From positions 124,001 through 188,000 of the forward strand of contig CM082588.2 of the NCBI GenBank assembly GCA_040954595.2: a DNA stretch of 64,000 nt, read 5' to 3'. The position numbers and the translations under genes were made by a program. Shown one piece after another: positions 63,962 through 64,000 of this stretch. Every line of letters begins with the position of its first letter. Position 1 is the first letter of the stretch. The notes under the pieces are model-generated. The model ran no database searches. It was not told the DNA's origin and was given only the letters and a program-made list of their open reading frames with translations. The DNA comes from Balanoglossus misakiensis. Lineage: Eukaryota; Animalia; Hemichordata.

Positions 63962-64000
63962 CTGAAATATGGACATTCTGAACCAAAGATGAATAGTTGT

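Overview
Eukaryotic, intron-rich, AT-rich animal genomic DNA. Gene content suggests an invertebrate deuterostome (inference). Left to right: (1) a minus-strand CIN85/CD2AP-family triple-SH3 adaptor, 762-13043; (2) a complete minus-strand cation-independent mannose-6-phosphate receptor (IGF2R orthologue, 15 MRH domains, >40 exons), 14645-30832; (3) a divergently oriented tandem pair of HHxxxD CoA-dependent acyltransferase / condensation-fold genes, the second with a separate upstream exon encoding a mitochondrial-type presequence; (4) a ~7 kb repeat complex (36.8-44.1 kb) with nested 151-bp, ~406-bp and 59-bp tandem arrays and Helentron/HINE-like hallmarks; (5) minus-strand TMEM181, 47595-58529, with an AT-AC U12 intron; (6) the 3' exons of an unidentified minus-strand gene ending in a PDZ-binding motif. 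The most notable observations are the full Q-R-E-Y mannose-6-phosphate-binding signature in receptor domains 8 and 11 (domain 11 binds IGF2 in mammals) and the differently targeted acyltransferase pair. All exon models were built by hand from splice signals, frame and remembered homologue sequences; no searches were run.
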